Below are positions 1 to 7,596 of a stretch of 40,253 bases of DNA, one piece after another. Below the pieces are notes generated by a model. It did no database searches, was not told the DNA's origin, and was given only the letters and a program-made list of their open reading frames with translations. A program made the position numbers and the translations under genes. Origin of the DNA: a virus; the IMG/VR virus record IMGVR_UViG_3300007102_000044, positions 1 to 40,253 of that record. The stretch is one strand, 5' to 3'. Position 1 is the stretch's first letter, and each line of letters opens with the position of its first letter.

Positions 1-90
1 ATGAACAGGATGAATCTGATGAACAGGATGAATCTGATGAACAGGATGAATCTGATGAACAGGATGAATCTGATGAACAGGATGAATCTG
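1..90 (+). repeat. Perfect 18-bp tandem repeat ATGAACAGGATGAATCTG x5 (may continue upstream of the window)
   Basis: Read directly; encodes DEQDES. Confidence 0.95.
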
Positions 91-239
91 AGAAAAAAGA
101 AGACCTCATTCAAGCTGATATGAGTATGTCAAAAGATGACCTTCAAGAACTTTGTGAACTTTACGGACTTGATAAGTATGGTAATAAACCAGAACTTGTT
201 GAAAGAATCAACAAATATGTAGAAGAGAAAGGGGCTTAA
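1..239 (+). CDS. Partial (5'-truncated) protein: acidic DEQDES repeats followed by a SAP/HeH-like DNA-binding domain
   Basis: Frame from nt 3 reads (EQDESD)n-EKKEDLIQADMSMSKDDLQELCELYGLDKYGNKPELVERINKYVEEKGA*, stop 237-239. L..LC..YGL...G.K.ELV.RI fits the SAP pattern. Not in the ORF track. Confidence 0.7.
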   Translation, partial: EQDESDEQDESDEQDESDEQDESDEQDESEKKEDLIQADMSMSKDDLQELCELYGLDKYGNKPELVERINKYVEEKGA

Positions 240-258
240 TAGCCCCTTTTATTTTTTT
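229..258 (+). terminator. Rho-independent terminator
   Basis: AAGGGGCT-TAAT-AGCCCCTT hairpin followed by a T-rich tract, at the stop of the upstream gene. Confidence 0.8.
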
Positions 259-270
259 GTAAACTTCTTA

Positions 271-282
271 AAAAGATAAATA
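271..282 (+). promoter_or_regulatory. Putative T4-type late promoter variant AAAAGATAAATA for terL
   Basis: Same 12-mer at 702, 5525 and 10566, each before a + strand gene; resembles T4 TATAAATA. Confidence 0.7.
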
Positions 283-309
283 TAGATATATAAGGAGTTT
301 ATAATTAAA

Positions 310-675
310 ATGGTTAAAAATGAGATTAAAGGGTATAGAGGAAATACAACTCTAAGAGCACCTGAAGACAAACTTGTTTATGATAAGAAACAAATCAAAG
401 AACTTGCCAAATGTCGAAAAGACCCAATATATTTTCTTAAAAATTATGTCAAGATAGTTTCTCTTGATGATGGTATAGTCAATTTCAATCTATATGACTA
501 TCAAGAAGAGATGATAAATCTCATCCATGAAAACACACGTATTATAGGAAGGTCTAGTAGGCAAAGTGGTAAATGTGTTGTTGATAAATCTGACATTACA
601 ATCAGAGATAAAGAAACTGGTGACATTAAAACATTAACAATTAAAGAATTTTATGATATGGTTAATCTTGATTGA
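310..675 (+). CDS. terL: Terminase large subunit N-extein (88 aa) fused to split-intein N-fragment (33 aa)
   Basis: gp17-like KCRKDPIYF..NYVKI..LDDG...F.LYDYQ and Walker A start SRQSGK, then intein block A CVVDKSDITIRD and a stop. Confidence 0.92.
   Translation: MVKNEIKGYRGNTTLRAPEDKLVYDKKQIKELAKCRKDPIYFLKNYVKIVSLDDGIVNFNLYDYQEEMINLIHENTRIIGRSSRQSGKCVVDKSDITIRDKETGDIKTLTIKEFYDMVNLD
574..672 (+). mobile_element. Split intein N-fragment (IntN, 33 aa)
   Basis: Starts with Cys (TGT 574-576) directly after Walker A GK. Confidence 0.85.
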
Positions 676-692
676 TTATTATCTGTCTACTT

Positions 693-737
693 GAATCACC
701 AAAAAGATAAATAATAAAAAGATATCAAGGGTGATTT
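693..737 (+). promoter_or_regulatory. Late promoter (702-713) inside a hairpin that can occlude the endonuclease RBS
   Basis: GAATCACC (693-700) can pair with GGTGATTT (730-737), which overlaps the AAGGGTG SD; loop contains GATAAATA. Confidence 0.5.
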
Positions 738-739
738 TA

Positions 740-1945
740 ATGAATTGTAAAAGATGTGATAAGAAACTTGCGTATAACACAACATTATCATATTGCACAT
801 CGAATAAAGATTGTATAGAATTGGGTAAGTCTGAAAAGGCTTTAAAAGATGTTGTTGATTTTGATAATGAAACTGTTAAATGTCCTATATGTGGGATTGT
901 ATTTAAAAGTCTTATATCACATATTAAATTATATCATGATATGAGTGTTGACACTTTTAAAGAGATATATCCCAATTCTAATATATATAATTATAATTAT
1001 ATTAATAATGCTAGTGAAAAATTTAAGGGTGATAGAAACCCAGCATATAATCATGGTGGTAAATTATCACCTTGGTCTAAAAAAAGTAAATATTATTCAG
1101 AAGAAAGCGTTAAAAAAGCTAATAAAAATAGAACTTATATAAATAGGGTTAAATATTGGACTGATAAAGGATATAGTGAACAGGAAGCTCATGATAAAAT
1201 ATCAGAAAGACAGACAACTTTTAGTAAAGATATATGTATTGAAAAATATGGGGATACTGAAGGTTTAAAAAGATGGAAAGAACGACAGAATAAATGGCAG
1301 ACAACATTAAAAAATAAATCACCTGAAGAAATTCAGCGTATTAATGAAAAGAAAGGATTTCTAAATGATGATAATCATTTTAAGTCCAGAAAAGATTATT
1401 TAAACTATTTAATAAGAAGTAAAACAACTCCTAATAGACTATATTATAATAAGTTTTTGTCTAAAAATGAAATAATACAAATCATAAAAAATACAGACCA
1501 ATTAAATAATAAACCTCTTAAGAGTATTAAAAGGTATCTAACTACAAAAATGAGACTCATGAAAGCTTATTGTGAATACTATGATATAGATTTATCACAA
1601 TATGTTGTAATAGATGATAGTATAAAAAAATCTACTCATGGTTATGGTTATTCAAAATATGATGAACAAACTGGTAAATTGTTAAGGTCTAGTTATGAAA
1701 TTAAATTTTGCAACTTGTTAAAAGAGCTTGGAATAAAATATGATATTGAAAAATTTTACCCCAATAGTAAAATGAAATGTGACTTCTATTTATATGAATA
1801 TGATATTTATATTGAAATAGCAGGAATGATGGATGACATTGAATATGAATCAAAGATGTATTATAAAAGAGATGCATTCGGGGCTATTATAGTAACACCA
1901 GATTATATTAATAAAACGTTTATAAAAGAGATAATTAATGGCTGA
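740..1945 (+). CDS. Free-standing homing endonuclease with Zn-finger and C-terminal Vsr-like/PD-(D/E)xK nuclease domain
   Basis: CPIC..H..H finger, NPAY motif, C-terminal RSSYE..F...KCDFYL..IYIEIAG; lies between the intein halves. ATG 740 fits the SD better than GTG 731. Confidence 0.75.
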   Translation: MNCKRCDKKLAYNTTLSYCTSNKDCIELGKSEKALKDVVDFDNETVKCPICGIVFKSLISHIKLYHDMSVDTFKEIYPNSNIYNYNYINNASEKFKGDRNPAYNHGGKLSPWSKKSKYYSEESVKKANKNRTYINRVKYWTDKGYSEQEAHDKISERQTTFSKDICIEKYGDTEGLKRWKERQNKWQTTLKNKSPEEIQRINEKKGFLNDDNHFKSRKDYLNYLIRSKTTPNRLYYNKFLSKNEIIQIIKNTDQLNNKPLKSIKRYLTTKMRLMKAYCEYYDIDLSQYVVIDDSIKKSTHGYGYSKYDEQTGKLLRSSYEIKFCNLLKELGIKYDIEKFYPNSKMKCDFYLYEYDIYIEIAGMMDDIEYESKMYYKRDAFGAIIVTPDYINKTFIKEIING

Positions 1946-2288
1946 GTTTATAAAAGAAATAGAAACTAATAGATATGAAGTGTTAACACCAAATGGGTTT
2001 GAATCATTTCAAGGCATTGGAAAAACTATAAAATATGATGTTTATGAGTTGATACTTGATAATGACTATACAATGCAATGTGCTGATGACCATATAGTCA
2101 TGATATTGAATGGGTATGAAATTGAAGAAAGGTTTGTTAAAGAATTATCAGTGGGTGATTTGGTATTAACAGAATCGGGGTTCTCACCCGTTAGATATGT
2201 TCTAAAGTTGGATAATTCTGTCAATATGTATGATTTACTGGATGTTGATTCGCATATATATTATACAAATGGAATAGCTTCACACAAT
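1938..2288 (+). mobile_element. Split intein C-fragment (IntC, 117 aa)
   Basis: Ends His-Asn (2283-2288) followed by Ser+1. Confidence 0.88.
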
Positions 2289-3578
2289 TCACAATGCACG
2301 GCTGGTTATATCCTATATTATATATTATTCCATTCAAATAAGAATTGTGCCATATTAGCAAACAAACAAGACATTGCAGTTGAAATTTTATCAAGAGTGA
2401 AAATGATGTACGAATCATTACCTTTATGGTTACAAGAAGGCATAATTTCATGGAATAAAACATCTATTGCGCTTTCAAATGGTTCAACAGCGTTTGCAAG
2501 AGCTACAAGTGCTTCAGCTATAAGAGGAAAAAGTTGTAATATTTTGGTAATTGATGAAACAGCACATGTTAGCAATGGTTTATGGGATGAATTTTACACA
2601 TCATCATACCCCGTTGTATCTTCTTCAAAAGATGCTAAGATTATATTAATATCAACCCCATTAGGTATGAATTTTTATTATAAAATGTATATGGATGCTG
2701 TTAATGGTCGAAATGGTTTTAAACACTTTACATATGACTGGACTGTTGTTCCTAATAGAGATGAAGATTGGGCTGAAAAGACTAAGGCTGAAATAGGTGA
2801 ACGAAGATTCATACAAGAGTTTGCGGTGGAATTTCTTGGTTCTAATGGCACACTCGTTTCTGTTGCTAAATTGCAAGCTATGCCTATATTGGATGCAATA
2901 GAAAAACAAGATGATGAGAAATTAAAAATATATGAACAGCCTAAAAAAGATGGTCAGTATGTTATCATTGCAGATGTTGGTGAAGGTGTTGGATGTGATT
3001 CATCTACATGTCAAGTTTTGGATGTTTCTGAATTGCCATATAGACAAGTTGCAGTATACAGAGATAACCTAGTTAAAACAAACATGTTCCCATATGTAAT
3101 AGATAGAATAGGTAGATACTATAATAATGCTCTTGTTATAGTTGAATCGAATACATACGGTCAAGAAGTGTTAAACATTTTAAACTATGATATTGAATAT
3201 GAAAACATTTTTTATGATGATGCTAAAGATGGATTTGGTCTTAGAATGACCAAACTTAGTAAAAGACTTGGAAACTCATATCTAAAAGATTTAATAGAGT
3301 ATGACAAGATTCAAATATGTGACTATCAAACTGTAACAGAATTTAGCACATATATACAGATAAAAGGTAGTTATGGTGCTGAAGAAGGTAAAACTGATGA
3401 TATGATTACACCATTAGTATTATTTGCATTCTTTATTAACAATAATCAATACGTTGAAAACTGGTTAGATAAAGAAGATTTCAGCAAAACGCTACATAAA
3501 AATTACATTGACCGTGTTGAAGAACAAGTTTTACCTGAACCAATGGTATTCAATGGTAATGATGATGACTTCTTTTAA
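1938..3578 (+). CDS. terL: Split-intein C-fragment (117 aa) fused to terminase large subunit C-extein (429 aa)
   Basis: Intein block B CADDH, block F MYDL, block G NGIASHN/S; then Walker B ILVIDE, motif III ISTP, nuclease ADVGEG, VESN, DD. Confidence 0.93.
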   Translation: MAEFIKEIETNRYEVLTPNGFESFQGIGKTIKYDVYELILDNDYTMQCADDHIVMILNGYEIEERFVKELSVGDLVLTESGFSPVRYVLKLDNSVNMYDLLDVDSHIYYTNGIASHNSQCTAGYILYYILFHSNKNCAILANKQDIAVEILSRVKMMYESLPLWLQEGIISWNKTSIALSNGSTAFARATSASAIRGKSCNILVIDETAHVSNGLWDEFYTSSYPVVSSSKDAKIILISTPLGMNFYYKMYMDAVNGRNGFKHFTYDWTVVPNRDEDWAEKTKAEIGERRFIQEFAVEFLGSNGTLVSVAKLQAMPILDAIEKQDDEKLKIYEQPKKDGQYVIIADVGEGVGCDSSTCQVLDVSELPYRQVAVYRDNLVKTNMFPYVIDRIGRYYNNALVIVESNTYGQEVLNILNYDIEYENIFYDDAKDGFGLRMTKLSKRLGNSYLKDLIEYDKIQICDYQTVTEFSTYIQIKGSYGAEEGKTDDMITPLVLFAFFINNNQYVENWLDKEDFSKTLHKNYIDRVEEQVLPEPMVFNGNDDDFF

Positions 3579-3760
3579 TCTTTTTTAAGTGCTGAAATAA
3601 TATCCATAACCATTTTCGTTATAATTGGATTGACATTATAGTATATACCGTTACCAAGTTTTATATGATATTGAACATTCTTAGTTGGTGGTTCTGGTTG
3701 TTGTTCCCATATCTCTAATTCAACATCTTTATTTAGTTGTATCTTTTCAAATATTTTCAT
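3575..3760 (-). CDS. Hypothetical protein
   Basis: AGGT-type RBS; tightly packed operon. Confidence 0.6.
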   Translation of the reverse strand: MKIFEKIQLNKDVELEIWEQQPEPPTKNVQYHIKLGNGIYYNVNPIITKMVMDIISALKKD

Positions 3761-3768
3761 AATTATAC

Positions 3769-4131
3769 CTAATCTAATTTAAAAAATGTTATAAAGGTTA
3801 ATTCCTTTTCATATTCCATATACTTATAAACGTATTTAAAACCGTTTTTAACGATAGTTATCTTTTCATAAGGGGTAACACTATCAATACTGTCTATCGT
3901 GCTAAATATGACCTCTTTAACCGTTTTGAGAGTGGTTTTAAACTGTGTTAGTTTACTTTTAACTGTGTGAAACTTGTTTCCTTGTTCATCTTCAAATTCT
4001 ACAAAATTTACCAGAATATGTTTATAATAAAATAAGGGTGTATAAACAGTCTTTCGTCTTTTGTTCTGGATAACTCTTTTCTTACTTTGAGACTTTTTGT
4101 TCATCTGATTAATAAACGATTTTTTACCCAT
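3769..4131 (-). CDS. Hypothetical basic protein
   Basis: 120-aa ORF with AAGGA RBS. Confidence 0.6.
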   Translation of the reverse strand: MGKKSFINQMNKKSQSKKRVIQNKRRKTVYTPLFYYKHILVNFVEFEDEQGNKFHTVKSKLTQFKTTLKTVKEVIFSTIDSIDSVTPYEKITIVKNGFKYVYKYMEYEKELTFITFFKLD

Positions 4132-4143
4132 ATAATCCTTACC

Positions 4144-4362
4144 TCACATTTCAAAGGGATATATAACTATTTCCATATAGTGTCTAATTGTTGAAAAGTT
4201 AAAACCGTCAAGCAATACTTGACCAATTCCAAACGCATGATTGTTGCTAAAAGCAATACCATATTTACTACAGTTTTCATATTCAAAAATATAGAAATCT
4301 GTTGATTCGTCTAATTCGGTTGTTAGAATCTTTCTAATATAGTCTTTAAGTCGTTGTTTCAT
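4144..4362 (-). CDS. Hypothetical protein
   Basis: Start overlaps the upstream gene stop. Confidence 0.6.
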   Translation of the reverse strand: MKQRLKDYIRKILTTELDESTDFYIFEYENCSKYGIAFSNNHAFGIGQVLLDGFNFSTIRHYMEIVIYPFEM

Positions 4363-5129
4363 TTAACATCATATCTGATTTTTATCATCTCAATCAAGAG
4401 CTTATATTCAGCCTTTGATTTATCAGATTCATCTTTTTTATCAACGGCTTTTTCAAATTCTGCTAAAGTACCATTGAAACATCCTCTGTTACAAATGATT
4501 TCATCATCGGTGTTTTTAAAAACTGTTAATGTTCCTGATTCAGAACCAACATTTGAAAATGATATGGTTCGCTGGTTGTCTACACTTGAGTCGACTACAT
4601 GTGAGTTGTGTATACTTGATTTGTGTACACTTGAGTCGACTACACGTGAGTTGTTGTATACACTTGATTTGTGTACACTTGAGTCGACTACACTTGAGTT
4701 GTCTACACTTGAGTTGTGTATACTTGATTTGTGTACACTTGATTTGTGTACACTTGAGTCGACTACACGTGAGTTGTTGTATACACTTGAGTTGTCTACC
4801 CATGAGTTGTTGTATACACTTGAGTTGTGTATACTTGATTTGTGTACACTTGAGTCGACTACACGTGAGTTGTTTTCTACACGTGAGTTGGCTATCCATG
4901 AGTTGTCTACACGTGAGTTGTTGACCACACTTGAGTTGTCTACACGTGAGTTGTTGACCACACTTGAGTTGTCTACCCATGACCCATCTTGCGCAAGATT
5001 ATCTTCGGAGTCTATAAACCCCCCAAGCTGACCTTTTTTAATACCATTAAAGTCTATAACTGCTTCAATCTGATACAATGTTTTTCCAAACATTTTTTTA
5101 GTGTTTGATGTTAATTTAAAATATTTCAT
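4359..5129 (-). CDS. Phage beta-helix repeat protein (NSSV/NSRV penta- and hexapeptide repeats)
   Basis: N-terminus TLYQIEA..DF..IKKG.LGGFIDSEDNL.Q and C-terminus LTVF......CNRGCFNGTL.EF match a common phage LbetaH-like family; has its own promoter and RBS. Confidence 0.75.
   Translation of the reverse strand: MKYFKLTSNTKKMFGKTLYQIEAVIDFNGIKKGQLGGFIDSEDNLAQDGSWVDNSSVVNNSRVDNSSVVNNSRVDNSWIANSRVENNSRVVDSSVHKSSIHNSSVYNNSWVDNSSVYNNSRVVDSSVHKSSVHKSSIHNSSVDNSSVVDSSVHKSSVYNNSRVVDSSVHKSSIHNSHVVDSSVDNQRTISFSNVGSESGTLTVFKNTDDEIICNRGCFNGTLAEFEKAVDKKDESDKSKAEYKLLIEMIKIRYDVK
4575..4980. repeat. Degenerate 15/18-bp tandem repeat array
   Basis: Units such as ACACTTGAGTTGTCT, ACACTTGATTTGTGT and ACACTTGAGTCGACT recur over ~400 bp. 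Confidence 0.9.
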
Positions 5130-5195
5130 AATATTACCTCTCTTGTTTAGTTTATGTTTATTTATATTATATCACACTGATTTACATTTGCCAAC
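5127..5195 (-). promoter_or_regulatory. Early sigma70-like promoter and RBS cassette
   Basis: Minus strand TTGGCA-17-TATAAT then AGAGGTAATATTATG; near copy at 29941-30003. Confidence 0.8.
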
Positions 5196-5200
5196 AATTT

Positions 5201-5443
5201 TTAATCAATAACTGGAACATTGAGACATGTTGTAAGATAAGCTTTAACTTTATCCATTGCAATACCTTTTTGAGATTCTTTTCCACGATATTGAGCAGAA
5301 CAACCAGCCATATATTCATTGTTAAAAATAGACCAGAAATAAACATTACATGATTTAACTATTTTGATTTCAATGTTATCAAATCCTTTGACTTGATATT
5401 TCCAATTTCCTGTTAATCCAGTTGGTATTGATTTAATTTTCAT
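5201..5443 (-). CDS. Hypothetical early protein (start revised to MKIKS)
   Basis: Conserved AGAGGTAATATT RBS precedes ATG at 5443, not the track start at 5485. Confidence 0.65.
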   Translation of the reverse strand: MKIKSIPTGLTGNWKYQVKGFDNIEIKIVKSCNVYFWSIFNNEYMAGCSAQYRGKESQKGIAMDKVKAYLTTCLNVPVID

Positions 5444-5573
5444 AATATTACCTCTCATGTTTAATTTAACCTTATATAGACACATTATTATAAATAATAT
5501 TATGTGTCAACCCATAAATGTAAAAAAAGATAAATAATAAAAAGATTATAAATTAAAGGAGAAATATAAATGG
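5441..5573. promoter_or_regulatory. Bidirectional early(-)/late(+) promoter cassette, copy 1
   Basis: Minus strand TTGACA-17-TAATGT; plus strand AAAAGATAAATA and AAGGAG; 41 bp identical to 10546-10586. Confidence 0.8.
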
Positions 5574-7477
5574 CACAATTTTTATCCCCTAATTATTTTT
5601 TTAGGGAAAAAGACCTTTCAGGTAGAGTCCCAGCTGTATCGACTTCCATAACTGGTGTTGTTGGTAAGTATGATTGGGGTGCTTGCTATGAAAGAATAAT
5701 TTTAACACAGCCTACTGATGTTGTTGGTAAAATTGGTTATCCTACTGATGACAATTATAACCACTGGTATCAAGTTAGAAATAACCTTGATTATAACAAC
5801 ATGCTTTATGCTGTGAGAGTTGTTGACACTGGTACAGCTGTCAATGGTGGTTTTAAAGTATTTGAAGATGGTGATTATGTTACTATAACTTATGCAAGTC
5901 TTACAGGAACATTTGCTGATGATGAATCACTCACATTTTCAGGTGGTGCTACTGGTATAATAGTACAAGATAATGGTACTGATATTATGACTATTCAAGT
6001 CACATCTGGAACTGTTGTTGTTGCTGATGGTATTACAGGTGATACATCTGGTGCTACTGCTACAGTAAGTGTTGTTGGTGATGTATATGTTAACCATAAT
6101 GTAACAGAATACATTCCTAATGCTGATGCAATTGATGATGTGACACTTTCATTTGACCCAAAGGAAAGACTTTCAATATTTGCTAAATATCCATCAGATA
6201 CTTATGGTAATGCAATCAAAGTTGCAATAGCTAATTCAACTGATTTTAGTACAGCAAATATTATGACTGAGGATGACGGTTCTGAGATTAAATTCTCTTC
6301 ATACTTTGATAGAGAACCAGAATCAACAGAATTTGCAGTTGCGGTACTTTTCCCAGCTGACATTAATGATTCATCTAACACAGAATATGAAATAGTTGAA
6401 ACTTTTATAGTGTCTACTGTTTCAGGCACAAAAAATTTTGAAGGTAATGTAGTATATTTTGAAGATTATATTAATACTTCTTCACAGTATATCCTTATGT
6501 TCGATAACACAGGCAATACAAATGATGTAAAATCTTTTGAAGCTGAACAATTTGTTAATGGTGTTGCTGGTGATATCACTGATGCTGAAGTTATCAATGG
6601 TTATGACCTTTTTGCAAATCCAGAAGATGTGGAAGTTGACCTTCTTATTGACGGTGTGAACAATAGTGTAACAGTTCAACAATACCTTATTGATTCTATT
6701 GCAGAAGTTAGAAAGGATTGTTTTGTAATTCTTACACCTGAGAAAACTGATGTTGTTAATCAGATTGATGCTAGTACAGCTGTTTCAAATATGATAACAT
6801 ATAGAAAAGATACTCTCAGTAGGTCTTCAAGTTATGCTGGTTTCTATGGAAACTATAAGTATCAATTTGATAGATATTCAGGTAAATATAAGTGGGTGTC
6901 ACTTGCTGGTGATATTGCTGGTGTGTTTGCTGTTACTGATACTACAAATGATAGCTGGTTTGCTCCTGCTGGTGATGAAACTGGTAGAATTAAAAATGCA
7001 AAAAAACTTGCTTTTAAATCATCTCTTGGACTTAGAAACCTTATGTATGTTGCACAAATTAACCCTGTTGTACAATTTCCATCCGAAACACCTATGGTAT
7101 ACGGTCAGAAAACGCTTCAGGTTAAACCAAGTGCTTTTGATAGAGTGGAAGTGAGAAGACTGTTTATCTATATTGAGAAATCAATTGGTAAAGTTATGAA
7201 ATATTTTGTCTTTAAAAAGAACACAGATTTCACAAGAAACCAAATTGTTGGAATTATTGAACCAGCACTTAGAGATATTCAAGGTAGGGAAGGTCTTTAT
7301 GACTTTGCTGTTGAATGTTCAGCTAATAATAACACTGGTGAAGTGATTGACAGAAATGAGCTTGTATGTGACGTATATCTTCAGCCTACAAAGTCGGCAG
7401 AATTTTTGAACTTTACATACATAGCAACCAAAACTGGTGCTGATTTTAACGAGCTTAGAAAGCTTATAAACGGTTAA
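5570..7477 (+). CDS. 18: Tail sheath protein (T4 gp18-like)
   Basis: LSP...REKDLS start, WFAPAG..G.I, INPV, YGQKT....SAFDRVEVRRLF, QPTKSAEF. Confidence 0.95.
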   Translation: MAQFLSPNYFFREKDLSGRVPAVSTSITGVVGKYDWGACYERIILTQPTDVVGKIGYPTDDNYNHWYQVRNNLDYNNMLYAVRVVDTGTAVNGGFKVFEDGDYVTITYASLTGTFADDESLTFSGGATGIIVQDNGTDIMTIQVTSGTVVVADGITGDTSGATATVSVVGDVYVNHNVTEYIPNADAIDDVTLSFDPKERLSIFAKYPSDTYGNAIKVAIANSTDFSTANIMTEDDGSEIKFSSYFDREPESTEFAVAVLFPADINDSSNTEYEIVETFIVSTVSGTKNFEGNVVYFEDYINTSSQYILMFDNTGNTNDVKSFEAEQFVNGVAGDITDAEVINGYDLFANPEDVEVDLLIDGVNNSVTVQQYLIDSIAEVRKDCFVILTPEKTDVVNQIDASTAVSNMITYRKDTLSRSSSYAGFYGNYKYQFDRYSGKYKWVSLAGDIAGVFAVTDTTNDSWFAPAGDETGRIKNAKKLAFKSSLGLRNLMYVAQINPVVQFPSETPMVYGQKTLQVKPSAFDRVEVRRLFIYIEKSIGKVMKYFVFKKNTDFTRNQIVGIIEPALRDIQGREGLYDFAVECSANNNTGEVIDRNELVCDVYLQPTKSAEFLNFTYIATKTGADFNELRKLING

Positions 7478-7480
7478 AAG

Positions 7481-7509
7481 TTGACAATATAAATTTATTA
7501 TGATATTAT
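7481..7509 (+). promoter_or_regulatory. sigma70-like promoter for the endonuclease gene
   Basis: TTGACA-17-TATTAT. Confidence 0.7.
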
Positions 7510-7511
7510 AG

Positions 7512-7590
7512 TTTTTATGTGGGAAAAGAGTTAGCTACTCCTGTTATGAACTCCCTTCATAACTACCACATAAAAAACTTTTAAAGGGAG
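7512..7590 (+). ncRNA. Putative structured cis-regulatory leader RNA (three-way junction with anti-SD loop)
   Basis: P1 TTTTTATGTGG/CCACATAAAAA, P2 GAGT/ACTC, P3 GTTATGAA/TTCATAAC with loop CTCCC complementary to SD GGGAG. Confidence 0.6.
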
Positions 7591-7596
7591 AATTTA

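Noticed and set aside
676-1937. Group I intron in terL
   Set aside because: No room for, or sign of, a catalytic core; intein motifs on both sides explain the split.
4575-4980. Possible CRISPR array or DGR template
   Set aside because: Units are contiguous with no unique spacers, lie in frame within a CDS, and no cas or reverse transcriptase gene is present.
4354-5031. Long alternative-frame and antisense ORFs over the repeat array (4354-5031+, 4529-4924+, 4540-4980-)
   Set aside because: They arise because the repeat units lack stops in those frames; there is no RBS or promoter, and only 4359-5129 has family-like termini.
7512-7576. Hammerhead ribozyme or tRNA
   Set aside because: No CUGANGA core, and no T-loop or anticodon arm.
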